Source: Nitrosospira multiformis ATCC 25196 | Lineage (GTDB): Bacteria; Pseudomonadota; Gammaproteobacteria; Burkholderiales; Nitrosomonadaceae | DNA length: 32,000 nucleotides | Assembly (NCBI RefSeq): GCF_000196355.1 | Contig: NC_007614.1 | Location: forward strand, 2,340,001 to 2,372,000 | Direction: 5' to 3' | Shown: positions 18,311-28,987 of the stretch, in pieces | Position numbering within the stretch: the first letter of the stretch is position 1 | Layout of the letters: the number at the start of each line of letters is the position of its first letter | Notes under the pieces: model-generated | What the model saw: only the letters and a program-made list of their open reading frames with translations | Databases searched by the model: none | Told to the model about the DNA's origin: nothing | Made by a program: the position numbers and the translations under genes

Positions 18311-18571
18311 TTACAAATGAACGTCCGGGACGTCATATTTTTTCCGGTATGAGGCGAGTTGCCGTCTTTGCCTGAATACGATGGCGAGACAGGACGCAGC
18401 GCCCACCATCACCCCCAGGGCAAAGAAAAACAATATTACCAGTACCAGCGGGGCCGTCCATTCATAACCGAAGTAATAATAAAGCGTTACCGGTTCGACA
18501 TTTCTCACGGCAAAACCCAGCAGGAGGAGAAACAGTACAATCCGCAGGAACCATATCAGATAACGCATCAT
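18311..18571 (-). CDS. lapA: LapA-family (DUF1049) inner-membrane protein
   Basis: Track ORF trimmed to [60 protein letters not shown]...FRQRRQL. Two TM helices. Located downstream of ihfB. Confidence 0.8.
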   Translation of the reverse strand: MMRYLIWFLRIVLFLLLLGFAVRNVEPVTLYYYFGYEWTAPLVLVILFFFALGVMVGAASCLAIVFRQRRQLASYRKKYDVPDVHL

Positions 18572-18747
18572 CAGTTTTTCCGGAAAAGAACCCGCGTTGG
18601 CAGCGGGAACATTGCTCAAACCAGGACAACATGGCGCAGGTAATCGACCTGGAACGTGTCCACGTGCAAAAGTGCCCACGTGCATAAAAAAGCGGCATGA
18701 TCTTTCAATCACGCCGCCATTATATCCATCCGTTCAATTCGCGTTTT

Positions 18748-19032
18748 TCAGTTTTTCTGATCCACCCGTTCCCTCATTTCCTTTCCTGCCTTGAAATGAG
18801 GGACATATTTTTCCGGTACCCGAACTTTTTCTCCCGATTTTGGGTTGCGTCCGACACGCGGGGGACGATAGTTTAGATCGAAACTGCCAAATCCGCGAAT
18901 TTCAATACGCTGCCCTTGTGACAAACTCTTCGCCATCGCGTCAAGTATAACCTTGACTGCCAGCTCGGCATCTTTTGTTCCCAGTTGAGGATGGCGAGCT
19001 GCAAGCCTCGCGATCAGTTCAGACTTTGTCAT
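18748..19032 (-). CDS. ihfB: Integration host factor beta subunit
   Basis: 94 aa. [17 protein letters not shown]...[49 protein letters not shown]. Confidence 0.95.
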   Translation of the reverse strand: MTKSELIARLAARHPQLGTKDAELAVKVILDAMAKSLSQGQRIEIRGFGSFDLNYRPPRVGRNPKSGEKVRVPEKYVPHFKAGKEMRERVDQKN

Positions 19033-19040
19033 GATGCCCT

Positions 19041-20756
19041 TTATTGTTCCGTATTCTTAACATCCATCTTGGCCTTGAGCAAAGCACCCAGACTGGTGGT
19101 TCCCGCGCTGGCGGATGCGTCGCCTGCCACCTTCTGCATCGCGTCGGATTCCTCCGCCATATCCTTCGCCTTGATCGAAAGGTTAATGCCGCGATTTTTG
19201 CGATCGACGTTAATGATCATCGCCTCAACCACATCACCTTCCTTCAAGTGGGAACGAATGTCCTCAACCCGGTCGCGCGACACTTCTGACGCGCGCAGGT
19301 AGCCTTCGACATCATTCTCGAGTGAAATCACGGCGCCCTTCGCATCAATCGACTTTACCGTCCCTTTGACAATACTGTTCTTGTCATGCACCGAGACAAA
19401 GCTGTTGAAGGGATCGCCTTCCAATTGCTTGATGCCAAGCGAGATGCGCTCGCGCTCCACATCGATGGACAGCACGACCGCCTCGACCTCGTCACCCTTC
19501 TTGTAATTGCGCACGGCTTCTTCCCCCGGCTGATTCCAGGAAAGATCGGAAAGATGCACCAGTCCGTCTATCCCGCCTTGCAGCCCGATAAAGACGCCGA
19601 AATCCGTAATGGATTTGATCTGACCTCGCACCTTGTCGCCTTTTTGATGATTCATGGCGAAATCTTCCCAGGGATTCACTTTGCACTGCTTCATGCCGAG
19701 CGAAATGCGACGCCGCTCTTCATCGATCTCAAGAATCATCACTTCTACTTCATCGCCCAATTGCACAACTTTGGACGGGTACACGTTCTTGTTGGTCCAA
19801 TCCATTTCGGAGACATGCACGAGGCCTTCAATGCCTTGCTCGATTTCAACAAACGCGCCGTAATCGGTAAGGTTGCTGACCTTGCCGAACAAGCGGGTAT
19901 GGGGCGGATACCGCCGCGACAATCCTACCCATGGATCTTCCGTCAATTGCTTCATACCCAGTGAAACGCGGTTTTTTTCCTGATCGAATTTGAGGACTTT
20001 CGCGGTTACTTCATCACCGACACTGATGACCTCGGAGGGGTGCTTTACCCGCCGCCACGCAAGATCGGTAATGTGCAGCAAGCCGTCTATGCCCCCCAGA
20101 TCCACGAATGCGCCGTAATCGGTAATATTCTTGACAATACCCTTGACGATCGCGCCTTCGGTCAGATTGGCGAGCAACGTCTGGCGGTCAGCCCCCTGGG
20201 TTTCTTCCAGCACTGCACGGCGAGATACCACCACGTTGTTTCGCTTCCGGTCAAGTTTGATAACCTTGAATTCCATCTCCTTGTTTTCGTAAGGAGTCGT
20301 ATCCTTGACCGGCCTGATATCCACCAGCGAGCCGGGCAGAAAGGCGCGAATACCATTGATCATGGCAGTCAATCCACCTTTGACCTTGCCGCTCACGACA
20401 CCCGATACGATGGCGCCGCTTTCCATTGCAGCCTCCAGGTCATGCCAGGCGGTAAGGCGCTTTGCTTTGTCCCGTGACAGGCGGGTTTCGCCATAGCCAT
20501 CTTCCAGCGCCTCGATGGCGACGCTGACAAAATCGCCGGGCTTGGCTTCAACTTCGCCCTTGTCGTTCTTGAACTCGTCGACGGGGATGAAACTCTCTGA
20601 TTTGAGCCCGGCGTTTACGACTACGATGTTGTAATCGACCCGGACGACCTGCGCGGTGATGACTTCACCGATACGCATTTCCTGACGGGAAAGGCTTTCT
20701 TCAAATAACGCTGCGAAACTTTCAGAAGAGTCGACAGCGGGGGAAACAGTAGCCAT
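19041..20756 (-). CDS. rpsA: 30S ribosomal protein S1
   Basis: 571 aa with six S1 repeats (e.g. [43 protein letters not shown]). Confidence 0.97.
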   Translation of the reverse strand: MATVSPAVDSSESFAALFEESLSRQEMRIGEVITAQVVRVDYNIVVVNAGLKSESFIPVDEFKNDKGEVEAKPGDFVSVAIEALEDGYGETRLSRDKAKRLTAWHDLEAAMESGAIVSGVVSGKVKGGLTAMINGIRAFLPGSLVDIRPVKDTTPYENKEMEFKVIKLDRKRNNVVVSRRAVLEETQGADRQTLLANLTEGAIVKGIVKNITDYGAFVDLGGIDGLLHITDLAWRRVKHPSEVISVGDEVTAKVLKFDQEKNRVSLGMKQLTEDPWVGLSRRYPPHTRLFGKVSNLTDYGAFVEIEQGIEGLVHVSEMDWTNKNVYPSKVVQLGDEVEVMILEIDEERRRISLGMKQCKVNPWEDFAMNHQKGDKVRGQIKSITDFGVFIGLQGGIDGLVHLSDLSWNQPGEEAVRNYKKGDEVEAVVLSIDVERERISLGIKQLEGDPFNSFVSVHDKNSIVKGTVKSIDAKGAVISLENDVEGYLRASEVSRDRVEDIRSHLKEGDVVEAMIINVDRKNRGINLSIKAKDMAEESDAMQKVAGDASASAGTTSLGALLKAKMDVKNTEQ

Positions 20757-21122
20757 TGTAAGAACACCTGATGTGGTCCCATCAAAACCAACAGGTTTTC
20801 ATGGGGTTAGGGTTAATAATAACTGCCCTGATGGTTCTCTTTTTTCTGAGAGCCATAACGATATGGCAGCGCTCGTATTACCGATGTTTCGACTGCCCGG
20901 ACATTCGAAATATCCAGCTTCAACTACACTTCCTGCTCTGGTTCATCCTGAATCCGGTTGCCCGGCATCCGACGTGATTGAATGCGAAAAAAAAAATGAT
21001 CCGGGGAATGGATTTTTTACGTGTTCCTGTCACTCAGGAGCGCTTGAAGCCAAGCGAGGGTGAGCTTATAGGATTTGACGGATGGAACCTATTGATGGAT
21101 AAAACCTCTCTACACAACATAC

Positions 21123-21812
21123 TCAAATGGATCCTTTTGCAGAAATTTCAGCGTACAGACACAATACGCGATCTACCGCCTGGTTGATGTCGAGTGAAGT
21201 GGTATCCAGCAAATGTGTACCTGCGCCCAGTTGCAATGGCGCAATGCTGCGATTGCTATCCCGCGCATCGCGCTCCCGTATGTCCTGCAAAAGGGTGGCA
21301 ATATTAGCATCCATTCCTTTTTCCATCAACTGCTTATAACGCCGCTGAGCACGTGTTTCAGCAGTCGCCGTGAGAAATACTTTGAGGATGGCAGCGGGAA
21401 ACACAACCGATCCCATGTCGCGACCGTCGGCTACCAAGCCCGGAATCTGGCAGAATGCACGCTGACGTTCCAGCAGCGCCGCGCGGACGAGAGGATAAGC
21501 GGCTACTCTGGAAGCCGCATTGCCGCATTCTTCCGAGCGTATTACATCCGTGACGTTTTCATTGTCCAGGCGAATCTCCGCATCCGCAAAAACGACATTC
21601 AGATGTGCAGCGACTTCGCTCAGCGCATGCTCATCCTTGAGCTCGATTCCCGATCGCATTGCCGCCAGCGCCGCCAGCCGGTACAGCGCGCCGCTGTCCA
21701 GATAGTGAAAGCCGAGTTTTGCGGCGACCCGTTGCGCTACGGTGCCCTTGCCGGAAGCAGAAGGACCGTCAATCGCGATGACGGGAATATCCTGAATAGT
21801 CTTATCGTTCAT
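21123..21812 (-). CDS. cmk: Cytidylate kinase
   Basis: 229 aa. P-loop [34 protein letters not shown]. The start overlaps the aroA stop. Confidence 0.93.
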   Translation of the reverse strand: MNDKTIQDIPVIAIDGPSASGKGTVAQRVAAKLGFHYLDSGALYRLAALAAMRSGIELKDEHALSEVAAHLNVVFADAEIRLDNENVTDVIRSEECGNAASRVAAYPLVRAALLERQRAFCQIPGLVADGRDMGSVVFPAAILKVFLTATAETRAQRRYKQLMEKGMDANIATLLQDIRERDARDSNRSIAPLQLGAGTHLLDTTSLDINQAVDRVLCLYAEISAKGSI

Positions 21813-23173
21813 GAAATATCAGAAGAATCGATCCGGGCAGCGAATTTACCCTGCCCTGGATCGGCATAGGCGATAGCCGCAAATTTTTCAAAATAATCGG
21901 GAAACGTCTTTGAGACACACCGGGGATCATTGATTCGAACCGGCGCGCCAAAAGACACCAGGGAAAAGCACATTGCCATGCGATGATCATCATAGGTATC
22001 AATAGCCGCATTCGCCACCAGTTCCCCGCGAGGCGGGCTGATTTGCAGAAAATCGGACCCTGCCTCCACTTCTGCGCCGAGTTTGCGCAATTCCTGCGCC
22101 ATGGCTGCAATACGATCGGTTTCCTTTACCCGCCAGCTCGCGATATTCCTGAGAACGGTGTTTCCCCGCGCGAACAAGGCTGTCACTGCAAGCGTCATCG
22201 CCGCATCCGGAATATGGTTGCAGTCCAGATCGATTGCTCGCAAGCCACCCGGTCCGGGACCGCTTGCTTCGATCCAGTTATCGCCAAATCTGATATCCGC
22301 TCCCATTCGCTCGAGCGCCTCGGCAAAGCGAATGTCTCCCTGGACACTGTCACGCCCTAAGCCTTCGACGCGTACGGGCCCTCTCCCGATTGCACCGGCC
22401 GCAAGAAAATAGGAGGCTGAGGACGCATCGCCCTCGACGAATACCTGACCCGGACTCCGATAGCGCTGGTCTGCGGGTACAGTAAAGCGCCGCCACTCCT
22501 CCCGCTCCACCTGTACCCCAAAACGCGCCATCAAGGCGATGGTAAGATCGATGTAGGGTCGCGAAATCAGTTCCCCTGCCACGGTGATGACCGGTAACTC
22601 ATCCATTTCCGCGCGCAGGAAAGGCAGCACCATCAACAGGGCAGTGAGGAACTGACTCGATACCTCGCCCCTTACCGTTATTTCCCCCGGATGGATCCGC
22701 CCGGGTTTGATCTGGAGCGGCGGGAAACCTTCCTTCCCGAGATAGGTGATATCCGCGCCTACTTGACGCAGGGCATCGACCAGGTCGCCAATGGGGCGTT
22801 CATGCATTCGCGGCACACCCGACAGCCGGTAGTGCCCTTGAGCAAGTGCCAGCATGGCCGTCAATGGACGGAAAACGGTACCCGCGTTCCCTAAAAACAG
22901 ATCCGCTTCCGTTGTAGGTAAACGAAGAGGAAACTGGTCCCCCACTCCCTGCAAGCGATAATGGTCTCTACCGATCTGAAGGATGGATACACCTAGAGTG
23001 GAGAGGGCATCGAGCATACGGGCAGTATCATCGGAAGCCAGGAGGTCGCAAACATCGGTTACCCCCTCCGACAACGCGGCAAGTAACAAAATTCGATTGG
23101 AAATGCTCTTTGAGCCAGGCAAGCGAACGCTACCCCGAGCACGCTCGACTACCGGCAAGTCAATAAATTTCAC
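21809..23173 (-). CDS. aroA: 3-phosphoshikimate 1-carboxyvinyltransferase (EPSP synthase)
   Basis: GTG start; [43 protein letters not shown]. 454 aa. Confidence 0.95.
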   Translation of the reverse strand: MKFIDLPVVERARGSVRLPGSKSISNRILLLAALSEGVTDVCDLLASDDTARMLDALSTLGVSILQIGRDHYRLQGVGDQFPLRLPTTEADLFLGNAGTVFRPLTAMLALAQGHYRLSGVPRMHERPIGDLVDALRQVGADITYLGKEGFPPLQIKPGRIHPGEITVRGEVSSQFLTALLMVLPFLRAEMDELPVITVAGELISRPYIDLTIALMARFGVQVEREEWRRFTVPADQRYRSPGQVFVEGDASSASYFLAAGAIGRGPVRVEGLGRDSVQGDIRFAEALERMGADIRFGDNWIEASGPGPGGLRAIDLDCNHIPDAAMTLAVTALFARGNTVLRNIASWRVKETDRIAAMAQELRKLGAEVEAGSDFLQISPPRGELVANAAIDTYDDHRMAMCFSLVSFGAPVRINDPRCVSKTFPDYFEKFAAIAYADPGQGKFAARIDSSDIS

Positions 23174-23185
23174 GCGCTGCCTTGG

Positions 23186-23229
23186 AGATTGCCTTCATCG
23201 ATAAACAAGATTGCCTTCATCGATAAACA
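23186..23229. repeat. Perfect 22-bp tandem duplication (2 copies) in the aroA/cysK divergent intergenic region
   Basis: agattgccttcatcgataaaca occurs at 23186-23207 and again at 23208-23229. This is 13-56 nt upstream of the aroA GTG (23173). Related ATCGA-containing words follow (gacgataaaac, taatcgacc, aaatcgaatgg, gcatcgaaaatg). Confidence 0.9.
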
Positions 23230-23365
23230 GCCAGTTCGACGATAAAACCGGCTATTATAATCGACCTCCAATTCCGAATAAATAATAAGCACAATTGCCT
23301 CCGGGAAGCAGATCGCGTCCGAATCCATATTTCCCGGACAAATCGAATGGAAGGATGCATCGAAA

Positions 23366-24319
23366 ATGCCGCACTGGTTCAAAGATAATTCCCAGACCAG
23401 CGGGGCCACCCCGCTGGTCCGGCTTAACCGCATTACGGATGGCGCTCCGGCAATGGTACTGGCCAAGATCGAAGGGCGTAATCCCGCTTATTCCGTAAAA
23501 TGCCGTATCGGCGCCGCCATGATCGAAGATGCGGAACATCGCGGGCTGCTTTATGCCGGAATAGAGCTGGTGGAACCTACCAGCGGCAATACCGGTATCG
23601 CCCTCGCCTCTGTTGCTGCCGCGCGCGGCATACCCCTGACATTGACCATGCCCGAAACCATGGGGCTGGAACGCCGCAAGCTGCTTCTCGCCTACGGGGC
23701 AAAACTGGTTCTGACCGAGGGCGCGCGGGGCATGAAAGGTGCGGTAGCAAAGGCAGAGGAAATCGTTGCTTCCAATCCGGGCCGATACCTCCTGCTCCAG
23801 CAATTCTCCAACCCGGCCAACCCTGCTATTCACGAGCGCACCACAGGGCCAGAGATCTGGAACGATACCGACGGGGCAGTTGATATTTTTGTTGCCGGCG
23901 TGGGTACGGGAGGCACCATTACCGGTGTTTCGCGGTATATAAAGGGGACGAAGAAAAAATCCATTCTCTCGGTCGCCGTTGAGCCTGCTGCCAGCCCAGT
24001 GATCACGCAACACCGGGCTGGCGAACCCCTGGCACCCGGACCTCATCGGATTCCGGGAATTGGCGCAGGATTCATTCCTGCCAACCTGGATCTCTCCCTC
24101 GTGGATGAGGTACAGCAAATCAGCAATGAAGACGCAATTCACTATGCACGCCGTCTTGCACGCGAAGAAGGCATTATCTCGGGGATTTCATGCGGAGCAG
24201 CGGTTGCAGCCGCGTTAAATCATGCGAAGCGAACGGAGAATGCCGGAAAAACCATTGTTGTCGTTCTGCCGGATTCGGGAGAACGCTATCTGAGCTCCAA
24301 CCTTTTTGAGGAGATGTAA
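23366..24319 (+). CDS. cysK: Cysteine synthase A (O-acetylserine sulfhydrylase)
   Basis: 317 aa. [30 protein letters not shown] (PLP Lys region), [22 protein letters not shown]. Confidence 0.9.
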   Translation: MPHWFKDNSQTSGATPLVRLNRITDGAPAMVLAKIEGRNPAYSVKCRIGAAMIEDAEHRGLLYAGIELVEPTSGNTGIALASVAAARGIPLTLTMPETMGLERRKLLLAYGAKLVLTEGARGMKGAVAKAEEIVASNPGRYLLLQQFSNPANPAIHERTTGPEIWNDTDGAVDIFVAGVGTGGTITGVSRYIKGTKKKSILSVAVEPAASPVITQHRAGEPLAPGPHRIPGIGAGFIPANLDLSLVDEVQQISNEDAIHYARRLAREEGIISGISCGAAVAAALNHAKRTENAGKTIVVVLPDSGERYLSSNLFEEM

Positions 24320-24353
24320 AAGGCTCAGGAATAGGCGGGCTTGATAATAATAA

Positions 24354-25289
24354 ATGGAGGAGTATTTTTCATTGAAACGAACAGCGCTGAAACTTGGCGA
24401 TGTGGTGTCCGAACTGCGCGCACTGCGCCTCAAATCCCTGGAAAACCGGCAGAGACGCGACAGGCCACCCAAGCTTCCCTCCCGCAAGGTGCTGGTCAGC
24501 ATTGCGGATGGACTGAGAGCCGTACTGTTTCCCAACCGTCTGGGAATGCCCGATCTCACCAACGAAAGCGTCGATTATTATGTGGGCCACACGCTCGATG
24601 TAACGCTGCGGGAATTGATGGTGCAGGTGCGTCGTGAGCTGCGCTTTGCTGGCGATGCGGACGCAACAGGCAACTCTGAAAGGGAACGGGCAGCGGGAAT
24701 TACGCAAGCGTTTGCCCAAAGGCTGCCGCGTATACGCAGTTTGCTTGAAAGCGACATTCAGGCAGCCTATGAAGGAGACCCGGCTGCCCGAAGCGTGGAT
24801 GAGGTTCTGGTATGCTATCCCGGAATTACCGCCATTACCTATTACAGGCTGGCGCATGATTTGCACCGGCTGGGCGCGCCATTGATCGCCAGAATGATTT
24901 CTGAAATTGCTCATTCTTCCACCGGCATCGAAATCCATCCCGGTGCGCAAATCGGCGGATTCTTCTTTATAGACCATGGTACGGGTGTGGTCATCGGCGA
25001 GACCGCCGTCATCGGGGAACATGTGCGCCTATACCAGGCGGTCACCCTTGGGGCCAAGCGCTTTCCCGTGGATGAGCATGGGGCCTTGGTAAAAGGCAAT
25101 TTGCGTCATCCCATCGTCGAGGATGATGTCGTCATCTACGCTGGCGCGACGATCCTGGGGCGCATCACCATTGGCCGAGGCTCAACCATTGGCGGGAATG
25201 TATGGCTCACCCGCAGCGTGCCTCCCGGCAGCGTCATTTCGCAGGCGCAGACACGCAACGAAGTGTTTGATGGGGGCGCCGGCATCTAG
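24354..25289 (+). CDS. cysE: Serine O-acetyltransferase (long N-terminal form)
   Basis: 311 aa. DPAARSVDEVLVCYPGITAITYYRLAH, GIEIHPGAQIGGFFFIDHGTGVVIGETAVIGEHVRLYQAVTLG, hexapeptide repeats. Confidence 0.9.
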   Translation: MEEYFSLKRTALKLGDVVSELRALRLKSLENRQRRDRPPKLPSRKVLVSIADGLRAVLFPNRLGMPDLTNESVDYYVGHTLDVTLRELMVQVRRELRFAGDADATGNSERERAAGITQAFAQRLPRIRSLLESDIQAAYEGDPAARSVDEVLVCYPGITAITYYRLAHDLHRLGAPLIARMISEIAHSSTGIEIHPGAQIGGFFFIDHGTGVVIGETAVIGEHVRLYQAVTLGAKRFPVDEHGALVKGNLRHPIVEDDVVIYAGATILGRITIGRGSTIGGNVWLTRSVPPGSVISQAQTRNEVFDGGAGI

Positions 25290-25466
25290 TCCCGCCCCTG
25301 GGCTACGCATATCTGCTCCCAAAACACCTCGTCATTATCCCGGGAGGCGTGAAATATCCGGCTCCAGGCTTCGTTGCGGAAAGCAACGGAATAACACAGT
25401 CTCGGTGGTTGACGCTTGCACAGGCAATATTTAGACTTGTGGAAAAAAACAGAAACAAACACCGCA

Positions 25467-26354
25467 ATGAGTTCCCCAAGCAGGACAGTCACCCTACCCG
25501 ATATCATGTGCCCAAAATGCATCAAGTGCGGGAGCGAAAGAACGCACCATTCTCGCGTGCGCCCTAGCGAGCGAACATTGAGTATGCTGTTCCTTCGACC
25601 CATACGTTGCCGGCAATGCAAGGAGCGCTTCTGGGTGAAAAATTCGAATGCCTTTCTTGCATTGGGGGGAGTGCTGTTCATCGGCGCCTTGCTGATTACA
25701 ACGGTCTGGCTGATCATAGAGCACAACATGGCCGACCCTTATGCGGGATCCGCCCCGGAAATTGGAACTGAAGACCCTGCTGACTCTGTCGCCCGCGGGA
25801 CCAGCAAATCGCAGAACGGCCAGGAAGCGCTTTCCGCCCCGGCACCGGGGACACGCGGAACTCATGACGTCACACAGTCGCCCGGAAGTATTCCTTCTTC
25901 CGCTCCCGCGCGCAATCCCCTTGAGGATCATCGTTTTACCGTTCGACTCTATCAGGAGGCAGCGAATAACGGTGATGCCGATTCGCAGTATAAACTCGGG
26001 CTGCTGTATCTGACGGGGAACGGCGCCCTCCAGGACTTTGCCGAAGCTGCAAAATGGCTCCAATTGGCCGCAGAGCAAGGCTACGGACCCGCTCAATATG
26101 AGCTGGGCCTCATCTATCGCAATGGATACGGCCTCCCTACGGACCATGTGCAAAGCTACGTATGGTTGAATCTTGCGGCCGCCGCCGGCGTCCAGCAGGC
26201 CATGGGAGCCAGGGATGAAGTCATGCGCGCGCTAAGCAGCAAGCAACTGGCGCAGGCACAGAAGATTTCCCGCGAGTGGCTGGCGGCACGAACCGGACCG
26301 GAAAGCGGAAAAGAGGCTGACCGGGTTGAATCCGCACACCCTCGACGTAAATAA
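25467..26354 (+). CDS. Zn-ribbon / single-TM / Sel1-repeat protein
   Basis: CPKCIKCGS...(x27)...CRQCKERF, a TM helix AFLALGGVLFIGALLITTVWLII, a low-complexity linker, then Sel1 repeats (GDADSQYKLGLLYLTGNGALQDFAEAAKWLQLAAEQGYGPAQYELGLIYRNGYGLPTD). The start is uncertain (TTG 25416, ATG 25467, ATG 25506); none has a good SD. Confidence 0.75.
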   Translation: MSSPSRTVTLPDIMCPKCIKCGSERTHHSRVRPSERTLSMLFLRPIRCRQCKERFWVKNSNAFLALGGVLFIGALLITTVWLIIEHNMADPYAGSAPEIGTEDPADSVARGTSKSQNGQEALSAPAPGTRGTHDVTQSPGSIPSSAPARNPLEDHRFTVRLYQEAANNGDADSQYKLGLLYLTGNGALQDFAEAAKWLQLAAEQGYGPAQYELGLIYRNGYGLPTDHVQSYVWLNLAAAAGVQQAMGARDEVMRALSSKQLAQAQKISREWLAARTGPESGKEADRVESAHPRRK

Positions 26355-26528
26355 TAACTGCCAAACAACGCACTGCTGAATAACACGTCCTTCCCTTCAT
26401 CAGAACAACTGGCTGCCAGGGGAGCTATCCTGCGATAAATGATTCTCGCAGTTCAATTGGCAGCTCAAGGCGGAAGCACTGCATTCCATACCAATTCGTG
26501 CAACATTTCTGATGAAGAGGAAATCCTC

Positions 26529-27941
26529 GTGAGTGAAACTTTCGACGTTATCATCATCGGCGCCGGCACCGCAGGATTGGCCGCTCTCAGGGAAGTAAAG
26601 AAGCGCACTGACAATTTCGCCATTATCAACGATGGTCCCTGGGGGACAGTCTGTGCCCGTGTCGGGTGCATGCCCTCCAAGGCACTGATCGAGGCCGCAA
26701 AGGCATTCCATCGCCGCACCTCCTTTGAGGAATTCGGCATCCAGGGCGCGCATTGCCTCACACCGGATATTGCAGCTGTCCTGCGACGTGTGCGCCGGCT
26801 GCGGGACGATTTTGTCGCCAGCACGCTGAAGGCGACGGAAGTGCTGGGAGAACGAGCTATTTCCGGTCGTGCGCGCCTTCTTGAAGCAGGAAGGCTCGAG
26901 GTAAACGGGCGGGAATTGCGCGCTCGAAACATTATCATTGCTACTGGCTCCCGACCGGTTGTACCTTCTCCCTGGCTTGCACTCGACACGCAGATCCTGA
27001 CGACGGATACATTATTCGAACAAAAAACCCTTCCCGACCGGGTAGCCATCATAGGCCTGGGAGCAGTGGGCGTGGAAATGGCTCAAGCACTCGGCCGGCT
27101 GGGAATCGAGGTAACGGCATTCAGTGAAAGCGATACTATCGCCGGTCTGAGCGATCCGAAAGTCAATGCGGTTGCGGCAGAGCTTTTTGCAGACGAGTTC
27201 AGGGTACATCTGGGCAAGCGGGCAGATCTCCGGGTAGCCGATGGAGGTATGCGGGTAACTACCGGGACGCAGGAAACCGCAGTCGATGCAGTTCTTGCCA
27301 GTCTGGGCCGCAGGCCCAATATCGAGAATCTGGGGCTGGAAACGCTAGGCATCCCGTTGAATGAAAGAGGGCTGCCTCCTGTCGATCCCCATACCATGCA
27401 GATAGCAGACCTGCCGGTTTTCATGGCAGGCGATGCGAGCGGCATGAGACCTCTGTTGCACGAGGCAGCGGACGAGGGGCACATTGCAGGAATCAATGCC
27501 ACCCATCCCACTCCTATTCGCTTTGATCGTCGTACGCCGCTTGCGATCGTGTTTACCGATCCCGGCATAGCCATCGTCGGTAAAAAACATACCTCACTTC
27601 CCCGCGGAACATTGACCGGAGAGGTTCGTTTCGAGCCCCAGAGCCGGGCCCGCATGGCGCAACGTAACGACGGCATTCTGCGCATTTACGCCGAACCGGG
27701 CAGCGGCAAGCTGCTTGGAGCTGAAATGTGCAGTCCCGATGCGGAGCATATGGCACACCTGCTGGCCCTGGCGATCGACCGCTCACTCACCGTGCATGAC
27801 ATGCTGCGCATGCCCTTTTATCATCCCGTCCTGGAAGAAGGTCTGCGGACTGCATTACGTGAGCTCTCGAAACAACTTCCCCACTGTCGCGAATCCGATC
27901 TTGCAGGCTGCGAGGCGTTCGGTGCGCAGGCACTGGATTGA
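26529..27941 (+). CDS. Dihydrolipoyl dehydrogenase-family flavoprotein disulfide reductase
   Basis: GTG 26529 preceded by GAGGA. FDVIIIGAGTAGLAA (FAD fold), redox motif GTVCARVGCMPSK, second Rossmann IIGLGAVGVEMAQAL, C-terminal dimerisation HPVLEEGL. The N-terminal 30 aa of track ORF 26439 are probably not translated. Confidence 0.85.
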   Translation: MSETFDVIIIGAGTAGLAALREVKKRTDNFAIINDGPWGTVCARVGCMPSKALIEAAKAFHRRTSFEEFGIQGAHCLTPDIAAVLRRVRRLRDDFVASTLKATEVLGERAISGRARLLEAGRLEVNGRELRARNIIIATGSRPVVPSPWLALDTQILTTDTLFEQKTLPDRVAIIGLGAVGVEMAQALGRLGIEVTAFSESDTIAGLSDPKVNAVAAELFADEFRVHLGKRADLRVADGGMRVTTGTQETAVDAVLASLGRRPNIENLGLETLGIPLNERGLPPVDPHTMQIADLPVFMAGDASGMRPLLHEAADEGHIAGINATHPTPIRFDRRTPLAIVFTDPGIAIVGKKHTSLPRGTLTGEVRFEPQSRARMAQRNDGILRIYAEPGSGKLLGAEMCSPDAEHMAHLLALAIDRSLTVHDMLRMPFYHPVLEEGLRTALRELSKQLPHCRESDLAGCEAFGAQALD

Positions 27942-28112
27942 TGCAACACAGACGTCGTGCCGCAGATCTCGATATTTCATCAGCACATTGGCACATTGCC
28001 GGAACTCGGGCATAAAGTTCGAGGATACCAAAAGCGCATAAATGCAGTCAGTGCCAGAACTTAATATTTACAAAGGAAGTCTTAGCTCGGGAATAGCAGA
28101 AGAGAAAGCCTG

Positions 28113-28595
28113 ATGAATGAATTCGCATTTGCCAGAGTGCTGCATGTGCTGGGAGTTGTGCTGTGGATCGGGGGTGTCGCCATGGTGACAGTCGTTCTGT
28201 TTCCCATTATGGCGAAAATGAAATCCGCAACCGAGCGGACGGAATTTTTCGGCCACATCGAAAACCGCTTTGCTCCCCAGGCGCGCTGGACAACACTGAT
28301 CGTCGGTCTGAGTGGCTTTTATATGGTATATGTTCTCGACGCCTGGAACCGTTTTACTGACCCCCGCTTCTGGTGGATGCATGCCATGGTTGCAGTGTGG
28401 CTGATCTTTACCTTGATGCTGTTTATAGGGGAGCCCCTGGTATTCCGGAGGCAGAAGGCAAAAATGTCTCAACGTGATCCCGCAAGGACTTTCGCATTGG
28501 CGCAGCGGATGCACAGGATATTGTTGAGTTTGAGCCTCGTTACCATTGCAGGAGCAGTGGCCGGCAGCCATGGCTGGATGCTGCGGGGAGGATAG
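28113..28595 (+). CDS. Integral membrane protein (4 predicted TM helices), family uncertain
   Basis: 160 aa. FARVLHVLGVVLWIGGVAMVTVVLF..., a conserved His-rich helix 1 pattern. The stop lies 2 nt before the next gene start. Confidence 0.7.
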   Translation: MNEFAFARVLHVLGVVLWIGGVAMVTVVLFPIMAKMKSATERTEFFGHIENRFAPQARWTTLIVGLSGFYMVYVLDAWNRFTDPRFWWMHAMVAVWLIFTLMLFIGEPLVFRRQKAKMSQRDPARTFALAQRMHRILLSLSLVTIAGAVAGSHGWMLRGG

Positions 28596-28597
28596 AC

Positions 28598-28987
28598 ATG
28601 AGTTATGCAGTAATAAAAATGATTCATGTCGGTAGCGTTATAATAAGCTATCTTTTGTTTTCATTGCGCAGCATCTGGATGATCCAAGGATCTGCTGACT
28701 TGAAACGGCGCTGGGTAAAAATTACGCCGCATGTGGTGGATACCGTACTGCTTGCGAGTGCTGTTGCGCTGGCTGTCCGCATTCACCAGGATCCGGTACA
28801 TGACTCCTGGCTCAGCGCCAAGGTTGTCGGATTGCTGCTGTATATCGGCCTGGGAATGACAGCGCTAAGATTTGGAAAAACGCGCAAAGCAAAAATATCT
28901 GCATGTGTCGCAGCCCAATTCGTATTTATTTATATCGTACTGGTTGCCCTGACAAAAAATCCTGCAGTTTTTTCCCCCATCTCGTAA
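28598..28987 (+). CDS. SirB2-family membrane protein
   Basis: 129 aa. IKMIHVGSVIISYLLFSLRSIWMI...ITPHVVDTVLLASAVAL...AKVVGLLLYIGLGMTAL fits the SirB pattern. Confidence 0.7.
   Translation: MSYAVIKMIHVGSVIISYLLFSLRSIWMIQGSADLKRRWVKITPHVVDTVLLASAVALAVRIHQDPVHDSWLSAKVVGLLLYIGLGMTALRFGKTRKAKISACVAAQFVFIYIVLVALTKNPAVFSPIS

Noticed and set aside
21809-21900. C-terminal ~25-aa tail of AroA (..[20 protein letters not shown]) as a possible fusion or extra domain
   Set aside because: It is short and unstructured, simply runs to the ATGA overlap with cmk, and is consistent with normal translational coupling.
23255-24142. 295-aa minus-strand ORF
   Set aside because: It is antisense to cysK and has no motifs.
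24369-25022. 217-aa minus-strand ORF
   Set aside because: It is antisense to cysE and has no motifs.
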